Source: Macrostomum hystrix (Eukaryota > Animalia > Platyhelminthes). From it: a DNA stretch of 64,000 bases. The first letter of the stretch is position 1. Each line of letters opens with the position of its first letter. Shown one piece after another: positions 61,973-64,000 of the stretch. The notes beneath the pieces are model-generated. The model saw nothing but the letters and a program-made list of their open reading frames with translations. It was not told where the DNA came from and searched no databases. A program made the translations under genes and the position numbers. The stretch lies in NCBI GenBank assembly GCA_950097015.1, contig CATNEN010000038.1:20832001-20896000 (forward strand), written 5' to 3'.

Positions 61973-63227
61973 GAGTGACTTTCTAAAGTGACTCATCGAG
62001 TGACTTCTCGAGTGACTCATCGAGTGACTTCTCGAGTGACTCATCGAGTGACTTTCAAATGTGACTCATCGAATGACTTTCTAGAGTGACTCATCGAGTG
62101 ACGTTCTCGAGTGACTCATCGAGTGACTTCTCGAGTGACTCATCGAGTGACTTTCAGATGTGACTCATCGAGTGACTTTCTAGAGTGACTCATCGAGTGA
62201 CGTTCTCGAGTGACTCATCGAGTGACGTTCTAGAGTGACTCATCGAGTGACGTTCTCGAGCGACTCATCAAGTGACGTTCTAGAGTGACTCATCGAGTGA
62301 CGTTCTAGAGTGACTCATCGAGTGACGTTCACGAGTGACTCATCAAGTGACGTTCTAGAGTGACTCATCGAGTGACGTTCTAGAGTGACTCATCGAGTGA
62401 CGTTCTAGAGTGACTCATCGAGTGACGTTCTAGAGTGACTCATCGAGTGACGTTCTCGAGTGACTCATCGAGTGATTTTCTCGAGTGACTCATCGAGTGA
62501 CGTTCTAGAGTGACTCATCGAGTGACGTTCTCGAGTGACTCATCGAGTGACGTTCTAGAGTGACTCATCGAGTGACGTTCTAGAGTGACTCATCGAGTGA
62601 CGTTCTCGAGTGACTCATCGAGTGATTTTCTCGAGTGACTCATCGAGTGACGTTCTAGAGTGACTCATCGAGTGACGTTCTCGAGTGACTCATCGAGTGA
62701 TTTTCTCGAGTGACTCATCGAGTGACGTTCTAGAGTGACTCATCGAGTGACGTTCTAGAGTGACTCATCGAGTGACGTTCTCGAGTGACTCATCGAGTGA
62801 TTTTCTCGAGTGACTCATCGAGTGACGTTCTAGAGTGACTCATCGAGTGACGTTCTCGAGTGACTCATCGAGTGATTTTCTCGAGTGACTCATCGAGTGA
62901 CGTTCTAGAGTGACTCATCGAGTGACGTTCTAGAGTGACTCATCGAGTGACGTTCTCGAGTGACTCATCGAGGGACGTTCTAGAGTGACTCATCGAGCGA
63001 CGTTCTAGAGTGACTCATCGAGTGACGTTCTAGAGTGACTCATCGAGTGACGTTCTAGAGTGACTCATCCAGTGACGTTCTCGAGTGACTCATCGAGTGA
63101 TTTTCTCGAGTGATTCATCGAGGGACGTTCTCGAGTGACTCATCGAGTGAATTTCTAGAGTTACTCATCGAGTGACATTCTCGAGTGACTCATCGAGTGA
63201 CGTTCTAGAGTGACTCATCGAGTGACT
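61973..63227. repeat. 25-bp minisatellite (gagtgactcatcgagtgacgttct[a/c]), about 50 copies
   Basis: Direct tandem periodicity. Confidence 0.96.
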
Positions 63228-63710
63228 TAACACTTAAAAACAATATTAAATCGAAAACATAACGATAAAAATTAGTTGATTGCTAATTTTAACACCATTG
63301 GTTCTAAAGGAAAAAGTTTAAAAAAAATTGCTGATCGACCCAAAAAAGCATTCAGAAATACAATATCTACTGAATGGCACAACATTGGGTTTTAACCTAC
63401 CAATACCCTGCATTAGCATTAGTTTACTTCATTACTGTGGAAATTTAATCTTCCACTTTTAGCTAAAAAAAGTTTGTCAATCAGTCCTTTTATCTGTAAA
63501 AGCTTCTGAACTAAAAGTGCTTGCAGCTGTATGTAAAACTCTAGTTTTTGGTTTAAAGTAAGTACATTATACGAAGTACTCGCACTTCAAAATTTCGTTT
63601 AGTATGACTAACAGATCATTATAATTTGACGGCACTGAAAGTTGGTTTTAAATCGAAACATTAAAAACACAAAAGGCTTGGTATGCTAAAAAGTGGCGTG
63701 AGGTTAGTGT

Positions 63711-64000
63711 CTGGAGTGGAGTGAGGTTGATGCTGCTGACTGGAGTGGAGTGAGGTTGGTGCTGCTGGCTGGAGTGGAGTGAGGTTGTTGCAGCTGACTA
63801 GAGTGGAGTGAGGTTGATGCTGCTGACTAGAGTGGAGTGAGGTTGATGCTGCTGACTGGAGTGGAGTGAGGTTGGTGCAGCTCGCTGGAGTGGAGTGAGG
63901 TTGGTGCAGCTGGCTGGAGTGGAGTGAGGTTGATGCAGCTGACTGGAGTGGAGTGAGGTTGGTGCAGCTGGCTGGAGTGGAGTGAGGTGGGTGCAGCTGG
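63711..64000. repeat. 29-bp minisatellite (ggagtggagtgaggttgNtgcNgctgNct), runs off the window end
   Basis: Direct tandem periodicity. Confidence 0.93.

Overview
Eukaryotic, metazoan genomic DNA. By my summed coordinates about 31 kb of the 64 kb is tandem repeat, in roughly 25 different micro- and minisatellite arrays. AT-rich spacers and GC-rich exons make up the rest. This landscape resembles the flatworm Macrostomum, but that is inference only. Genes reconstructed with phase-consistent splicing: (1) the 3' end of TRRAP/Tra1 (+, 8 exons, 608-13216; FAT, pseudo-PI3K and FATC regions); (2) an intronless secreted protein, possibly ependymin-related (+, 15039-15896); (3) SURF4/Erv29 (+, 3 exons, 28439-32679); (4) an unrecognised 481-aa type I membrane protein (+, 5 exons, 42234-46733); (5) synaptogyrin (-, 4 exons, 55834-48939). 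Mobile elements: a young 5'-truncated RNase H-bearing non-LTR retrotransposon sits inside a SURF4 intronic minisatellite with a 16-bp target-site duplication, and there are four copies of a tRNA-derived SINE. The most notable observation is that the SINE 3' region and the LINE 3' UTR share a homologous two-stem hairpin, which suggests a LINE-SINE partnership with both members visible in this window.
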